Source: an uncultured Candidatus Rokubacteria bacterium (GTDB lineage Bacteria > Methylomirabilota > Methylomirabilia > Rokubacteriales > DASRDR01). Taken from it: a DNA stretch of 64,000 nucleotides. The stretch is from assembly GCA_963826115.1 (NCBI GenBank), contig CAWGVS010000005.1:1408001-1472000 (forward strand), written 5' to 3'. The translations under genes were made by a program, and so were the position numbers. Shown here piece after piece: positions 7,643 through 17,654 of this stretch (the stretch's first letter is position 1; every line of letters starts with the position of its first letter). The notes under the pieces were generated by a model that saw nothing but the letters and a program-made list of their open reading frames with translations, searched no databases and had not been told where the DNA came from.

Positions 7643-8836
7643 TCAGACGACGCCGCGGGTGCGGAGGTCCTCGATCTCGGCCGGACCGTAGCCCGCCTCG
7701 CGCAGAACCTCCGCGGTGTGCTCGCCCAGGAGCGGCGGCGGCCGGTCCAGGCCCGGGCTGCCGTGCGCGAAGCGGAATCCCGATCCGACCAGCCTGAGCG
7801 GGCCGAACTGCGACTCCACGGTCTGCAGCACGTCCCGGTGCTCGAGCTGCGGGTGGCCGACGATCTCGTCGATCTTCCAGATCGAGGAGCACGGCACGTC
7901 GGCCTTCGTGAGCCGCGCCTCCCAGGTCCGGGCATCCGCGCTCGCGAGCGCGCTCTCGATGACCTCGCGGAGCGCCGGGAAGTTCGCCGTGCGCGACGCC
8001 CAGTCCTTGAAGCGCGGGTCGTCGAGGGCCTCGGGGAGCCCGAGGGCCGTCATGAGGCGCACCCACTGCGGCTCCGTCAGGACCGCCAGGACGAGGAAAC
8101 TGTCCTTCGCCCGGAACCGGTTGGCGGTGGGCTTCCGGCTCACCGAGCCGTTGCCGATCTGCCGCTGCTCGATACCAGCCACGGTCCACTCCGAGACCGG
8201 CCCCGGAATGAAGGCGAGCGCGGCGTCGAGCATGGCCACGTCGACGAACTGTCCGACCCCCGTGCGCGTCCGCTGGTAGAGCGCGCTCGACACGGCGAGC
8301 GCCGCGGTCAGGCCACCGATCGTGTCGCAGATCGCGAACCCCGCGCGCATCGGCCCACCCGCCGGCTCCCCGGTGATCGACATGATCCCCGACATCGCCT
8401 GGAGCTTCCCGTCGAAGGCCGCCGTGGTCTTCTCCGGGCCGGTGTGGCCGAAGCCGGACACCGCGCAGTAGATCAGGCGGGGATTCACGCCCGTGAGCGC
8501 CTCGTAGCCGAGGCCGAGGCGGTCCATCACGCCGGGCCGGAAGTTCTCCCAGACCACGTCGGCGCTCCCGACGAGCCGCCGCACCACCTCCACCGCCTCC
8601 GGCCGGCGAAGATCGAGCGTGATGCTGCGCTTGTTGCCGTTCACGGCGAGGAAGCCGGGCGGCATCCCGCGCGCGGCCAGCTCCGTCACCACGGGCTGGG
8701 CCCGCGTCTCGTCCCCCTCCCGCGACTCGATCTTGACGACGTCGGCGCCGAGGAGGGCGAGCTGGTAGGTACCGTATGGCCCGGCGAGGTAGCGGGTGAA
8801 GTCCAGGATGCGGACGCCGGCGAACGGCCTGCTCAC
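7643..8836 (-). CDS. CoA-transferase family III (CaiB/BaiF)
   Basis: GVRILDFTRYLAGP, LGADVVKIE, NGNKRSITLDL, ENFRPG, SGFGHTGP, PPLLGEHT; GTG overlaps the upstream TGA. Confidence 0.93.
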   Translation of the reverse strand: MSRPFAGVRILDFTRYLAGPYGTYQLALLGADVVKIESREGDETRAQPVVTELAARGMPPGFLAVNGNKRSITLDLRRPEAVEVVRRLVGSADVVWENFRPGVMDRLGLGYEALTGVNPRLIYCAVSGFGHTGPEKTTAAFDGKLQAMSGIMSITGEPAGGPMRAGFAICDTIGGLTAALAVSSALYQRTRTGVGQFVDVAMLDAALAFIPGPVSEWTVAGIEQRQIGNGSVSRKPTANRFRAKDSFLVLAVLTEPQWVRLMTALGLPEALDDPRFKDWASRTANFPALREVIESALASADARTWEARLTKADVPCSSIWKIDEIVGHPQLEHRDVLQTVESQFGPLRLVGSGFRFAHGSPGLDRPPPLLGEHTAEVLREAGYGPAEIEDLRTRGVV

Positions 8837-9741
8837 TTGCGGTCCGACTTGCCCGCGATGACGGCCTTGACCTCGTCGAACTCCCGCCGCTTCTCGGCGA
8901 GCTCCTCGGTCGTCATGCGGTCCGGGTTCGAGTAGTCGAGCTTCCAGGACGGGTCGTCGCTCCAGCGCTGCGGAGACTGCACGGTCGTGCGCGGCGCGGG
9001 CGCGGTCTCGAGGACGCGGAGCGCGAGCTCGAGCGTCGCCGCCTGCGACTCGGCGTCGAACGGCTTGCCGGCGGAGTTCCCCAGCGGGAAGTCGCTGAAG
9101 AGGAAGCGCGGCACCCCGCAGTGCTCCACGATGTCCTTGGCGGCCCCCATGATCACGGTGGGGACGCCGTTCGCCTCCAGGTGGCGGGCGACCAGACCGA
9201 CGGTCTGGTGGCACACGGGTCAGGTGGGCACGATCAGCGCGACGTCCGCCCCGTCCTCCCGGCACCGCGCCAGGAGCTCCGGCGCGTCACGCTCGACCGT
9301 GACCCGCTGGCTCCGGTTGGTCGGCGAGCCGTAGAAGCGCGGCGTGAGCGCCCCGATGCGCCCGGTCCGGACCGCCTCCTGGAGCCGCGCGAGCGGGAAC
9401 CACGTGTTCGGGTCTTCGGCGCGAGTGTGCTTCCGGTCGTAGCCCACGTGGGAGATCCGGAGGTCCGGAACGGCGTCGGTCGAGTCCGCGTAGACCGAGT
9501 AGAACTTGGCGGCGGCGTTGTACTTCGCGCCCGGCCCCTGGTCCCCCCGGCCGGGCTGGTAGGGCGCCGCCGTCGTGACGAGCGCCAGGCGGGACCGCGC
9601 CAGCGGCTTCGCGAGCGGCGTGAACGGCACCTCGTCGAAGTGGGCCCACCGGTACGGGTTGTCGAAGCCGAGACGAACGTAGTAGTCGCGGGTCCGCTGC
9701 ATGTAGGAGATCGGGACGTCGTGGTCGGGCGCGAATCTCAT
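8833..9741 (-). CDS. Selenoprotein, glycine/sarcosine/betaine reductase component B / D-proline reductase PrdB-like (Sec at codon 174, UxxC)
   Basis: ORFs 9220-9741 and 8833-9216 are in the same frame, separated only by TGA CCC, giving 'ALIVPT-U-PVCHQTVGLVARHLEANGVPTV'; family-like motifs 'KPLARSRLALVTTA', 'EDPNTWFPL', 'VPRFLFSDFPLG'; 302 aa. Confidence 0.88.
9191..9209 (-). promoter_or_regulatory. Bacterial SECIS-like hairpin
   Basis: Minus strand ACCAGACC-GTC-GGTCTGGT: perfect 8-bp stem, loop begins with G, 18 nt between the UGA and the loop. Confidence 0.7.
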
Positions 9742-9822
9742 CGGCGTCTCTCCCGGGTGCCCTCGCCGGTCACCGCGTGGCGCCAGTGTCGCACGGAAGC
9801 TCCCGCGGGCGGAGGGTCCGCG

Positions 9823-10437
9823 CTAGTCGGCGGCGAGGTGCCGGAGAACGTGCGGAGCCACGGGCTCCGGATGGTCCCGGGCGAACATGTGGTCGACTCC
9901 CGGAATCACCACCAGCTCGGCCCGCGGCAGGAGCTCCGTGAGCCGGCGGCCGACGCCGAGGGGGCTGATCGGGTCGGCGTCGCTCCACAGGAGGAGCGTC
10001 GGCGCCGTCACGCCGGGGAGCCGGGCCGCGAGGTCCGGACGCTCCGTGAGGATCCACGACGCGGCGCCGGGGTACTCCTGCGCGTACTCCGGCCGCCAGT
10101 CCTCGGGCGCGAACGGCGCGAGATCGATCCCCGCGGAGGTGGCGGTGAGGACCAGCCGGCGGACGAGCCCGGGTCGCGCCAGCATCACCATGGCGGCGAC
10201 GACACCGCCCATCGACTGCGCCACCAGGTCGACCGGCCCCGGGCCCGCCCGTTCGATCACCAGCCGGGCAAGGTCGGCCAGACCGGCGACGTCCGCGCGA
10301 GCGGGAATGCGGCCGAGACCCGGCCAATCGAAGAACGACTTCTCCCACGACGCCGGCAGGCGGTCGGCGACCGGGCGCCAGAATCGCCCGTCCCCCGAGG
10401 CGCCGGGCAGGAAGAGGACGCGGCGGGACGCCGTCAC
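9823..10437 (-). CDS. Alpha/beta hydrolase
   Basis: FLPGASG oxyanion loop, nucleophile AQSMGG, D in 'SDADPI', H in 'GVDHMF'. Confidence 0.85.
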   Translation of the reverse strand: MTASRRVLFLPGASGDGRFWRPVADRLPASWEKSFFDWPGLGRIPARADVAGLADLARLVIERAGPGPVDLVAQSMGGVVAAMVMLARPGLVRRLVLTATSAGIDLAPFAPEDWRPEYAQEYPGAASWILTERPDLAARLPGVTAPTLLLWSDADPISPLGVGRRLTELLPRAELVVIPGVDHMFARDHPEPVAPHVLRHLAAD

Positions 10438-10488
10438 GGCAGCGCCGCGCGGCGAGGGCCGCGGGGCGCGCGAGACGCGGGCGTCACC

Positions 10489-11082
10489 TCAGAAGCCCGA
10501 GACGTACGGCAGCGCCCGCGCGGTGCGCTCGATCCCATCGCCCGCCTCGAGCAGCACGCCCATCGCGTTCCAGGCCCCGGAGACGAGCTGGTTGCGGGCG
10601 CCGTCCGGAACCCGGGCCCGGATCGTCCGCCCCAGGAACCGAACCTCCTGGCGCTCGACGTCGACGTCGAGGACCTCGCGAGGATTCTTCTCCACCGAGC
10701 GGAGGAGCCAGTCGACGTCGGCGGGCTCGATCGCGAGGCACGGGATGCCGTTCGCCGTGCAGTTGCCGAAGAAGATCTCCGCGTACGAGCCGCCCACGAT
10801 GGCGCCGATGCCCCAGCGCATGAGCGCCTGGGGCGCGTGCTCGCGCGACGACCCGCAGCCGAAGTTCTGCCCGACCACCAGCACCGACGCGCCCTGGTAG
10901 GCGGGCGAGTTGAACGGGTGCTCGGGGTTCTGCTTCCGGGCGTCCTCGAACACGTGCTCCCCCATGCTCGCGAAGGTCACTTCCTTCAGGAAGCGCGCGG
11001 GGATGATGCGGTCGGTGTCGATGTCGTTGCCGGGCAACGGGATGCCGCGGCCCGCGATGCGACGGCGCGCAAACTCGGTCAT
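10489..11082 (-). CDS. leuD: 3-isopropylmalate dehydratase small subunit
   Basis: [38 protein letters not shown]; ATGA overlap with leuC. Confidence 0.95.
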   Translation of the reverse strand: MTEFARRRIAGRGIPLPGNDIDTDRIIPARFLKEVTFASMGEHVFEDARKQNPEHPFNSPAYQGASVLVVGQNFGCGSSREHAPQALMRWGIGAIVGGSYAEIFFGNCTANGIPCLAIEPADVDWLLRSVEKNPREVLDVDVERQEVRFLGRTIRARVPDGARNQLVSGAWNAMGVLLEAGDGIERTARALPYVSGF

Positions 11083-12482
11083 CGCAGGACCTCCCTCACG
11101 TCGGCGACCGCTCCGGAAAGGGCGGCCGCGGCGACCATCGCCGGGCTCATGAGGAGCGTCCGCCCGGTCGGGCTCCCCTGGCGGCCGATGAAGTTCCGGT
11201 TGCTGGACGACGCGCTCATCTCGCGGCCCACGAGCTGGTCCGGGTTCATCCCGAGGCACATCGAGCAGCCGGCCTTCCGCCACTCGAAGCCGGCCGCCTG
11301 GAAGATCTCGTGGAGCCCCTCGGCCTCGGCGGCCTTCGCCACCTGCTGGGAGCCCGGCACGATGAGCGCGCGCACGTGCTTTGCGACCTTGCCCTTCCGG
11401 GCGACCTCGGCGGCGGCGCGCAGGTCGGAGAGGCGGCCGTTCGTGCAGGACCCGACGAAGGCCACGTCGATCTTGGCGCCCTTGATGGCCTGGCCCGCCG
11501 AGAAGCCCATGTGGGCGAGAGCCTCCCGGAAGGTCGGACGGTCGGGCTCGGGCGCGGAATCGGGCGACGGGATGCGCTGGCTCACACCCACCGACATGCC
11601 CGGGTTGATCCCCCACGTCACCACCGGCTCGATGGCCGCGCCGTCGAGCCGCGCCACGTCGTCGAAGGCGGCGCCGGGCTCGGTCGCCATGCCCTTCCAC
11701 CAGGCGACCGCGCGGTCGAAGGCCGCGCCCTGCGGCGCGTAGGGCCGGCCGCGGAGGTACTCGAAGGTCGTGGCGTCGGGGTTCACGTAGCCGCACCGCG
11801 CCCCGCCCTCGATCGACATGTTGCAGACCGTGAGGCGCTCCTCCATCGTCATGCGCTCGATGACGGGGCCCGTGTACTCGTACGCGTAGCCCACGCCGCC
11901 CTTGACGCCGAGCTGATTGATGATGGACAGGATCACGTCCTTGGCGTAGACGCCCCTGGCCAGCGCGCCCTCGACCCGCACCTCGCGGAGCTTCGGCTTG
12001 GCCATGGCCAGGCACTGCGTGGCCAGCACGTCGCGCACCTGCGTGGTGCCGATGCCGAACGCGATCGCGCCGACGGCCCCGTGCGTGGAGGTGTGGCTGT
12101 CGCCGCACGCGATGGTCATGCCCGGCTGGGTCAGCCCGAGCTCGGGCCCGATCACGTGGACGATGCCCTGCTTGCCCGACGCCATGTCGAAGAGCGGCAC
12201 GCCGAAGTCCTGGGCGTTGCGGATCATGTGGACCGCCATCTCCTCCGCCAGGGGGTCGGCGTAGGGACGGCTCTGGTCCGTGGTCGGGATGATGTGGTCG
12301 AGGGTACCGAAGGTGCGCTCGGGCATGCGGACCTTGAGCTTCGCGTCCGCCAGCCACTGGAAGGCCTGCGGGGTCGTCACCTCGTGGATCAGGTGGAGAC
12401 CGATCAGGAGCTGGGTCTGCCCCGAGGGCAGCGTCCGCACGGTGTGGGCGTCCCAGACCTTGTCGAGCAGCGTGCGCGCCAT
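11079..12482 (-). CDS. leuC: 3-isopropylmalate dehydratase large subunit
   Basis: [56 protein letters not shown]; GAGGAGG upstream. Confidence 0.96.
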   Translation of the reverse strand: MARTLLDKVWDAHTVRTLPSGQTQLLIGLHLIHEVTTPQAFQWLADAKLKVRMPERTFGTLDHIIPTTDQSRPYADPLAEEMAVHMIRNAQDFGVPLFDMASGKQGIVHVIGPELGLTQPGMTIACGDSHTSTHGAVGAIAFGIGTTQVRDVLATQCLAMAKPKLREVRVEGALARGVYAKDVILSIINQLGVKGGVGYAYEYTGPVIERMTMEERLTVCNMSIEGGARCGYVNPDATTFEYLRGRPYAPQGAAFDRAVAWWKGMATEPGAAFDDVARLDGAAIEPVVTWGINPGMSVGVSQRIPSPDSAPEPDRPTFREALAHMGFSAGQAIKGAKIDVAFVGSCTNGRLSDLRAAAEVARKGKVAKHVRALIVPGSQQVAKAAEAEGLHEIFQAAGFEWRKAGCSMCLGMNPDQLVGREMSASSSNRNFIGRQGSPTGRTLLMSPAMVAAAALSGAVADVREVLR

Positions 12483-12593
12483 TGGACGGTGCCTCCTCCT
12501 CGTGCGGGACGCCGGCGCGGCGGCCGTGAGCCCCGTGTCGCGCATCCTGCCCCATTCCGAATTGTGTAGTCCAGTGAAACGTTTTGCGCGGAA

Positions 12594-12602
12594 TGGTAAT
12601 CT
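12594..12602 (+). promoter_or_regulatory. Extended -10 (TGgTAATCT) for a probably leaderless LysR transcript
   Basis: TAATCT at 12597-12602, 7 nt before ATG 12610; no SD in between. Confidence 0.45.
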
Positions 12603-12609
12603 GTCCTTA

Positions 12610-13527
12610 ATGATAGACGTCGCCCTCTTCCCCGCCTTCGAGACGCTCCTGGCGGTGGTCCGCACGGGCTCGGTCGCCGGCGCGGCGCGCCAGCGCCACA
12701 TCACCTCCTCGGCGGTCAGCCAGCAGATCCGCCGCCTCGAGACGCACTTCGGGATCAAGCTCTTCGAGCGCGCCGGCCGCGGCGTCCGCCTGAGCGCGGC
12801 CGGCGAGGCTGCGCTGCCCGTGGTGCGGGAGCTCTGGACCGGGGCCGAGACCGCGTTCGCGCAGCTCGCCGAGCTGGCCGGCCACCCCGCCACCACGCTC
12901 CGCGTCGCGGCGAGCGACTACCTCGGCAAGGCGCTCCTGGCCCCCGTCCTCCGGGACCTCCTCGACCAGGAACCGTCCGTGCGCTTCGAGATCGTCACGG
13001 CCCACTCGCGCGAGGGCGTCCGGCTGGTGGCGCGCGGCGACGTCGATCTCGCGGTGGTGACGGGGCAGGACACGCCGCGCGGCCTCGAGGACCGCCACCT
13101 CTTCGACCAGCCCTTCGTCTGGGTGGGCCCACGGCGGCGGGGGGAGCCGGCCGCCCTGACCGAGCGGCTCCGCCGCGAGCCGATCCTGCGGCTGGCCGCG
13201 GAAAGTCGCGGGCGCGCCCTCCTCGACCAGTTCCTCGCCGACGCGCGGATTCGCCCGGTGTCCACGATCGACGTGCCGAGCGTGTCGCTCCTGCTCTCCT
13301 ACGTCTCGGGCGGGCTCGGCATCGGACTCGTCCCCGCGCTCGCGCTCAGCGAGGCGCCGGCCGACCGCACGGTCAGCGCGCCCGCGGCCGTCCCCGCCCT
13401 CCCCGTCACCCTGGTCTGGCGCCCCGCCGCCCAGCGTCAGCCCGCGCTCGCCCGCCTGGCCGCCCTCCTTGCCGCCGCGGGAGCGCGGGCGGGGGCACGG
13501 CTCCGCGGCCGGGGTCGGGCTTCTTAA
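12610..13527 (+). CDS. LysR-family transcriptional regulator, divergent from leuCD
   Basis: HTH '[46 protein letters not shown]'; substrate domain 'GDVDLAV', 'GLGIGLVP'. Confidence 0.93.
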   Translation: MIDVALFPAFETLLAVVRTGSVAGAARQRHITSSAVSQQIRRLETHFGIKLFERAGRGVRLSAAGEAALPVVRELWTGAETAFAQLAELAGHPATTLRVAASDYLGKALLAPVLRDLLDQEPSVRFEIVTAHSREGVRLVARGDVDLAVVTGQDTPRGLEDRHLFDQPFVWVGPRRRGEPAALTERLRREPILRLAAESRGRALLDQFLADARIRPVSTIDVPSVSLLLSYVSGGLGIGLVPALALSEAPADRTVSAPAAVPALPVTLVWRPAAQRQPALARLAALLAAAGARAGARLRGRGRAS

Positions 13528-13552
13528 CAATTCCGCCTCGGCGCGTCACAAT
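13524..13552 (+). promoter_or_regulatory. Putative sigma70 promoter of prpB-prpD
   Basis: TTAACA-N17-CACAAT. Confidence 0.4.
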
Positions 13553-13585
13553 GCGGGACATGCGCGAACCTGAGGCCCCGACCCG

Positions 13586-14518
13586 ATGACCTGGCTCACC
13601 GAGACCGAGCGCGACCCGCGTCCCGCCGGCGACCGCCTCGCCGCCCTCTGGGCCGAGCCCGGCATCCTCGGGCTCCCGGGGGCCCACGAGCCCCTGGCCG
13701 CGCTCCTCGCGCGGCGCGCCGGCTTCCGAGCGCTCTACGTCTCCGGAGCCGGGCTCGCCGCGAGCCTCGCGCTCCCCGACCTCGGGATCCTCTCCCTCGG
13801 GGAGCTCGCCTACTTCACGCGCGCGATCGTGCGCGCGTCGGGGCTGCCGGTCCTGGTCGACGGCGACACCGGCTACGGCGAGGTGCTGAACGTCGTCCGC
13901 CTCGTGCGCGAGCTCGAGGACGCGGGCGCGGCCGCCGTGCAGATCGAGGACCAGATCCTCCCCAAGAAGTGCGGCCACCTCTCGGACAAGCGCCTCGCGT
14001 CGCCCGAGGAGATGGCGCGGAAGGTCGCCGCCGCCGTGCGGGCCGCGCGCCACCTCCGGGTGGTCGCGCGGACGGACGCCGTGGAGCTCGAGGGGATCGA
14101 TCGCGCGATCGCCCGGTGCCGGCTCTACCGCGAGGCCGGCGCCCACGCGATCTTCCCGGAGGCGCTCCGGACGGCGGAGGAGCTCCGTGCCTTCTCCGCG
14201 GCGGTCCCCGGGCCGCTCCTCGCCAACATGACGGAGTTCGGCCGGACGCCGCTCGCGCCAGCGGCGCAGCTCGAGCGCCTCGGATACAAGATGGTGATCT
14301 GGCCCGTGTCCGCCCTCCGGGTCGGCGCGCGCGCCATGGAGGGCTTCTACGCCGACCTCGCCCGCACGGGCACGCAGGCGGGATGGCTCGACCGCATGCA
14401 GACGCGCCGCCAGCTCTACGAGCTGATCGGCTATCACGACTACGAGGCCCTCGACGAGACCATCGCGAAGAGCGTCCTCCCCGACGAGCTCCCGCCCCCC
14501 GGCCGTGGAGGCGCATAG
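13586..14518 (+). CDS. prpB: 2-methylisocitrate lyase
   Basis: YVSGAG, LPDLG, VDGDTGYG, IEDQILPKKCGH, ARTDA, IFPEAL, LANMTEFGRTP. Confidence 0.9.
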   Translation: MTWLTETERDPRPAGDRLAALWAEPGILGLPGAHEPLAALLARRAGFRALYVSGAGLAASLALPDLGILSLGELAYFTRAIVRASGLPVLVDGDTGYGEVLNVVRLVRELEDAGAAAVQIEDQILPKKCGHLSDKRLASPEEMARKVAAAVRAARHLRVVARTDAVELEGIDRAIARCRLYREAGAHAIFPEALRTAEELRAFSAAVPGPLLANMTEFGRTPLAPAAQLERLGYKMVIWPVSALRVGARAMEGFYADLARTGTQAGWLDRMQTRRQLYELIGYHDYEALDETIAKSVLPDELPPPGRGGA

Positions 14519-16025
14519 GGTCCGGGTCCACCCCGCGGCGTCGCGCCTGCCGCGCGAGGCGCAGCTCGCCTGGAAGCTCGCCGCCTTCGCGACCCGGGCG
14601 CCGGCCTCCGGCGTCGACCAGGACGTCGCCGAGATGGTCGCCTGCCGCGTCGTGGACAACGCGGCGGTGGCCCTCGCGGCGCTCGACCGGCCGCCCGCGG
14701 CCGCGGCGCGGTCGATGGCCCTCGCCCACCCGCGCCCGGGAGGCGCGACGCTGATCGGCCTCCCGGGCGATCGGACGGTCCACGCGGAGTGGGCCGCCTG
14801 GGCGAACGGCACCGCGGTCCGCGAGCTCGACTTCCACGACACCTTCCTCGCCGCCGACTACGCGCACCCCGGCGACGGCATCCCGCCCCTCGTCGCCGTC
14901 GCCCAGCAGAAGGGGCTCGACGGCGCGCGGCTCCTCGCCGCGATCGCGGCCACGTACGAGGTCCACGTGGACCTCGTGAAGGCCATCTCCCTCCACGCCC
15001 ACAAGAAGGATCACGTGGCGCACCTCGCGCCGGCGATCGCGGCCGGGCTCGGCGCGCTCCTCGGCCTCGAGACGCCCGTCGTCTACCACGCGGTCAACCA
15101 GGCGGTGCACCTCGCCTTCTCGACCCGCCAGTCGCGGAAAGGCGACATCACCTCCTGGAAGGCCGCGGCCCCCGCGTGGGCGGGCAAGCTCGCGATCGAG
15201 GCGACGGACCGCGCGATGCGGGGCGAGGGCGCGCCGAACCCGATCTACGAGGGCGAGGACGGCGTGATCGCGTGGATGCTCGGGGGGCCGGACGCCGAGT
15301 ACGTCGTCCCGTTGCCCGCGCCCGGAGAGCGCCCCCGCGCGATCCTGGAGACCTATCCGAAGGCCCACTCGGCGGAGTACCAGGCCCAGGCGCTGATCGA
15401 CCTCGCGTTCGACCTCCGGCGCCGCGTCGCGTCCGGGGACTGGCCCCGCGTCCGCGAGATCCTCGTCCGCACGAGCCACCACACGCACACCGTGATCGGG
15501 TCCGGCTCCAACGACCCGGAGAAGCTCGACCCCGACGCCTCCCGCGAGACGCTGGACCACTCGATCATGTACATCCTCGCGGTGGCCCTCGAGGACGGCC
15601 GCTGGGACCACGTCGCCTCCTACGCGCCGGCGCGCGCCCACCGGCCTTCGACCGTCGCGCTCTGGCGGAAGATCCGCACCGTCGAGGACCCCGCCTGGAC
15701 CGCGCGCTATCACGACCCCGACCCCGCGCGAAAGGCGTTCGGCGGCCGCGTCGAGATCGCCTTCGAGGACGGCACGATCGTGAGCGAGGAGCGTCTCGTG
15801 GCGGACGCCCACCCGGCCGGGCGGCGTCCCTGGCGGTGGCCGGACTACCTCGGGAAGCTCGACGCGCTGGGCGGCGATCGCTTCCCCAAGGACGAGCGCT
15901 CGCGGTTCGTCGATCTTGCGGCTCGCCTCGGGCGCCTGTCGCCCGCCGAGGTGCGCCGGCTCAATCCCGCCCTGCCCCCCGGCGCCCTCGGCCCGCAGGA
16001 ACCCGACGGCCGCGGCATCTTCTAG
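14505..16025 (+). CDS. prpD: 2-methylcitrate dehydratase (MmgE/PrpD family)
   Basis: AAWANGTAVRELDFHDTFLAADYAHP, DHVAHL, RQSRKGDITSWK, KAHSAEYQAQA, SRETLDHS. Confidence 0.9.
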   Translation: MEAHRVRVHPAASRLPREAQLAWKLAAFATRAPASGVDQDVAEMVACRVVDNAAVALAALDRPPAAAARSMALAHPRPGGATLIGLPGDRTVHAEWAAWANGTAVRELDFHDTFLAADYAHPGDGIPPLVAVAQQKGLDGARLLAAIAATYEVHVDLVKAISLHAHKKDHVAHLAPAIAAGLGALLGLETPVVYHAVNQAVHLAFSTRQSRKGDITSWKAAAPAWAGKLAIEATDRAMRGEGAPNPIYEGEDGVIAWMLGGPDAEYVVPLPAPGERPRAILETYPKAHSAEYQAQALIDLAFDLRRRVASGDWPRVREILVRTSHHTHTVIGSGSNDPEKLDPDASRETLDHSIMYILAVALEDGRWDHVASYAPARAHRPSTVALWRKIRTVEDPAWTARYHDPDPARKAFGGRVEIAFEDGTIVSEERLVADAHPAGRRPWRWPDYLGKLDALGGDRFPKDERSRFVDLAARLGRLSPAEVRRLNPALPPGALGPQEPDGRGIF

Positions 16026-16133
16026 CGGCTCCGCGAGACGGCCGCCGCTGCCCGGCGGCTCGGCTGCGGTAGAATGGCACAAGTGCAAAGCCTGACAATG
16101 TCGGTGGACTCTCCAACGGAGGGGGGGCTTCTC

Positions 16134-17087
16134 ATGAGAATCCGCAAGATCGGACTCCTCGCGCTCGTCGCCCTCGCGCCGCTCCTGGCGCTGGCGGCCG
16201 AGCCCATCAAGATGATGGTCCCCGCGAACCCGGGGGGTGGCTGGGACTCCACCGGGCGCGCCGTCCTCGCGGCGCTCGAGGCCGAGGGGATTCACAAGGC
16301 GGGCGCCCAGGTCACGAACAAGGGCGGGGCGGGCGGCACCATCGGTCTCGCGGAGTTCGTCAACGGCTCGAAGGGCAACGACAACGCGGTCCTGGTGATG
16401 GGCGCAATCATGGTCGGCGGCATCCTGACGAACAAGTCGCCGGTGACCCTCGACCAGGTGACGCCGCTGGCCCGGCTGACGATCGAGTACAACGCGATCG
16501 CCGTCGCGCCGAACTCGCCCTTCAAGACGGTGAAGGACCTCACCGACGCCCTCAAGGCGGACCCGGGTAAGGTGTCCGTCGGCGGCGGCTCGGCCGGTGG
16601 CGTCGACCACATCACGCTCGCCCTGATCGGGCAGGCGGCCGGCGTGCCCGCGGCGAAGCTCAACTACGTCCCGTTCCAGGGCGGAGGCGAGATGATCGCC
16701 GCCGTCGCCGGCGGGAAGCTCGCCGCGGCGATCTCGGGCCTCTCGGAGTTCAAGCAGTACGTCGACACCGGGCGGCTGCGCCTCCTGGCGGTCACGTCGG
16801 ACGCGCGCCTGGCGGGCGTGAGCACGCCCACGCTGAAGGAGTCCGGCGTCAACGTCGTGATCGGCAACTGGCGCGGCCTGGTCGGCCCGCCGGGCATGTC
16901 GGCCGGGGGTCGCTCGGCCATGGTCGCGATGCTGGACAAGATGCATCCCACCAAGGCCTGGCAGGAGACCCTCAAGAAGCAGGGGTGGGACGACGCCTAC
17001 CTCTCCGGCGAGGCGTTCAGCGGGTTCCTGAAAGAAGAGAACGTGCGGATCGCCGCCGTGCTCAAGGAGGTCGGTCTCGTCAAGTAG
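16134..17087 (+). CDS. tctC: Tripartite tricarboxylate transporter substrate-binding protein
   Basis: [43 protein letters not shown]; signal peptide; GGAGG upstream. Confidence 0.92.
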   Translation: MRIRKIGLLALVALAPLLALAAEPIKMMVPANPGGGWDSTGRAVLAALEAEGIHKAGAQVTNKGGAGGTIGLAEFVNGSKGNDNAVLVMGAIMVGGILTNKSPVTLDQVTPLARLTIEYNAIAVAPNSPFKTVKDLTDALKADPGKVSVGGGSAGGVDHITLALIGQAAGVPAAKLNYVPFQGGGEMIAAVAGGKLAAAISGLSEFKQYVDTGRLRLLAVTSDARLAGVSTPTLKESGVNVVIGNWRGLVGPPGMSAGGRSAMVAMLDKMHPTKAWQETLKKQGWDDAYLSGEAFSGFLKEENVRIAAVLKEVGLVK

Positions 17088-17120
17088 ACCGCCCCCCGCA
17101 TCGACGTGGGGGACCCGCCG

Positions 17121-17654
17121 GTGAGCGGCGCGGGGGAGGCACGCTCCCCCGCCGCCCCGCCGGGGGACGGCGGGTCTCCGGCCACCCGCCCCTGGTGGCT
17201 CGGGGGCGCCGTCATCGCCCTCGGCCTCGTATGGCTCCACGGAGCCTGGTCCCTGCCCCAGGCGGCGACCTACGCCGTCGTCGGGCCGGGGCTCTTTCCG
17301 GCCGCCATCGGCGCCGGCCTCGTCCTCCTCGGGATCCTCCTCCTCGTCGCCGTCGCCCGCGGCGAGCGCTTCGAGCCCCAGGACGCCGAGGACGCCGACG
17401 CCGCGCGAGCGCCGTCCCGCGTGGCCTTCTGGACGGCCGTCGCGGCGGGCGTGCTCCCGATCTTCGTGATTCGGCCGCTCGGCTTCCCGATCGCGGCGGC
17501 CATCGGCTTCGCCCTCACCGCGCGCGCCTTCGGATCGCGCCGGGTCGCGCTCGACCTCGGCGTAGGCCTCCTCCTCGGCGTGGCGTGCTGGCTCCTCTTC
17601 TCCCGCCTCCTCGGCCTCACGCTCCCCGGCTTCCCGCCGCTCGGTGTGATGTGA
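17121..17654 (+). CDS. tctB: Tripartite tricarboxylate transporter small membrane subunit
   Basis: [20 protein letters not shown]; 4-5 TM segments; lies between tctC and tctA (alternative start 17106). Confidence 0.88.
   Translation: MSGAGEARSPAAPPGDGGSPATRPWWLGGAVIALGLVWLHGAWSLPQAATYAVVGPGLFPAAIGAGLVLLGILLLVAVARGERFEPQDAEDADAARAPSRVAFWTAVAAGVLPIFVIRPLGFPIAAAIGFALTARAFGSRRVALDLGVGLLLGVACWLLFSRLLGLTLPGFPPLGVM

Noticed and set aside
16075-16090. TGGCACAAGTGCA as a sigma54 promoter for tctC
   Set aside because: GG-to-GC spacing is 7 nt instead of the required 10; the adjacent TAGAAT is more likely a sigma70 -10
13815-17240. 1141-aa minus-strand ORF, and similar long ORFs such as 56951-60280, 9121-11742 and 30711-33416
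   Set aside because: Antisense shadows of real genes, expected at this GC content where stop codons are rare; Arg/Gly/Pro-rich with no motifs
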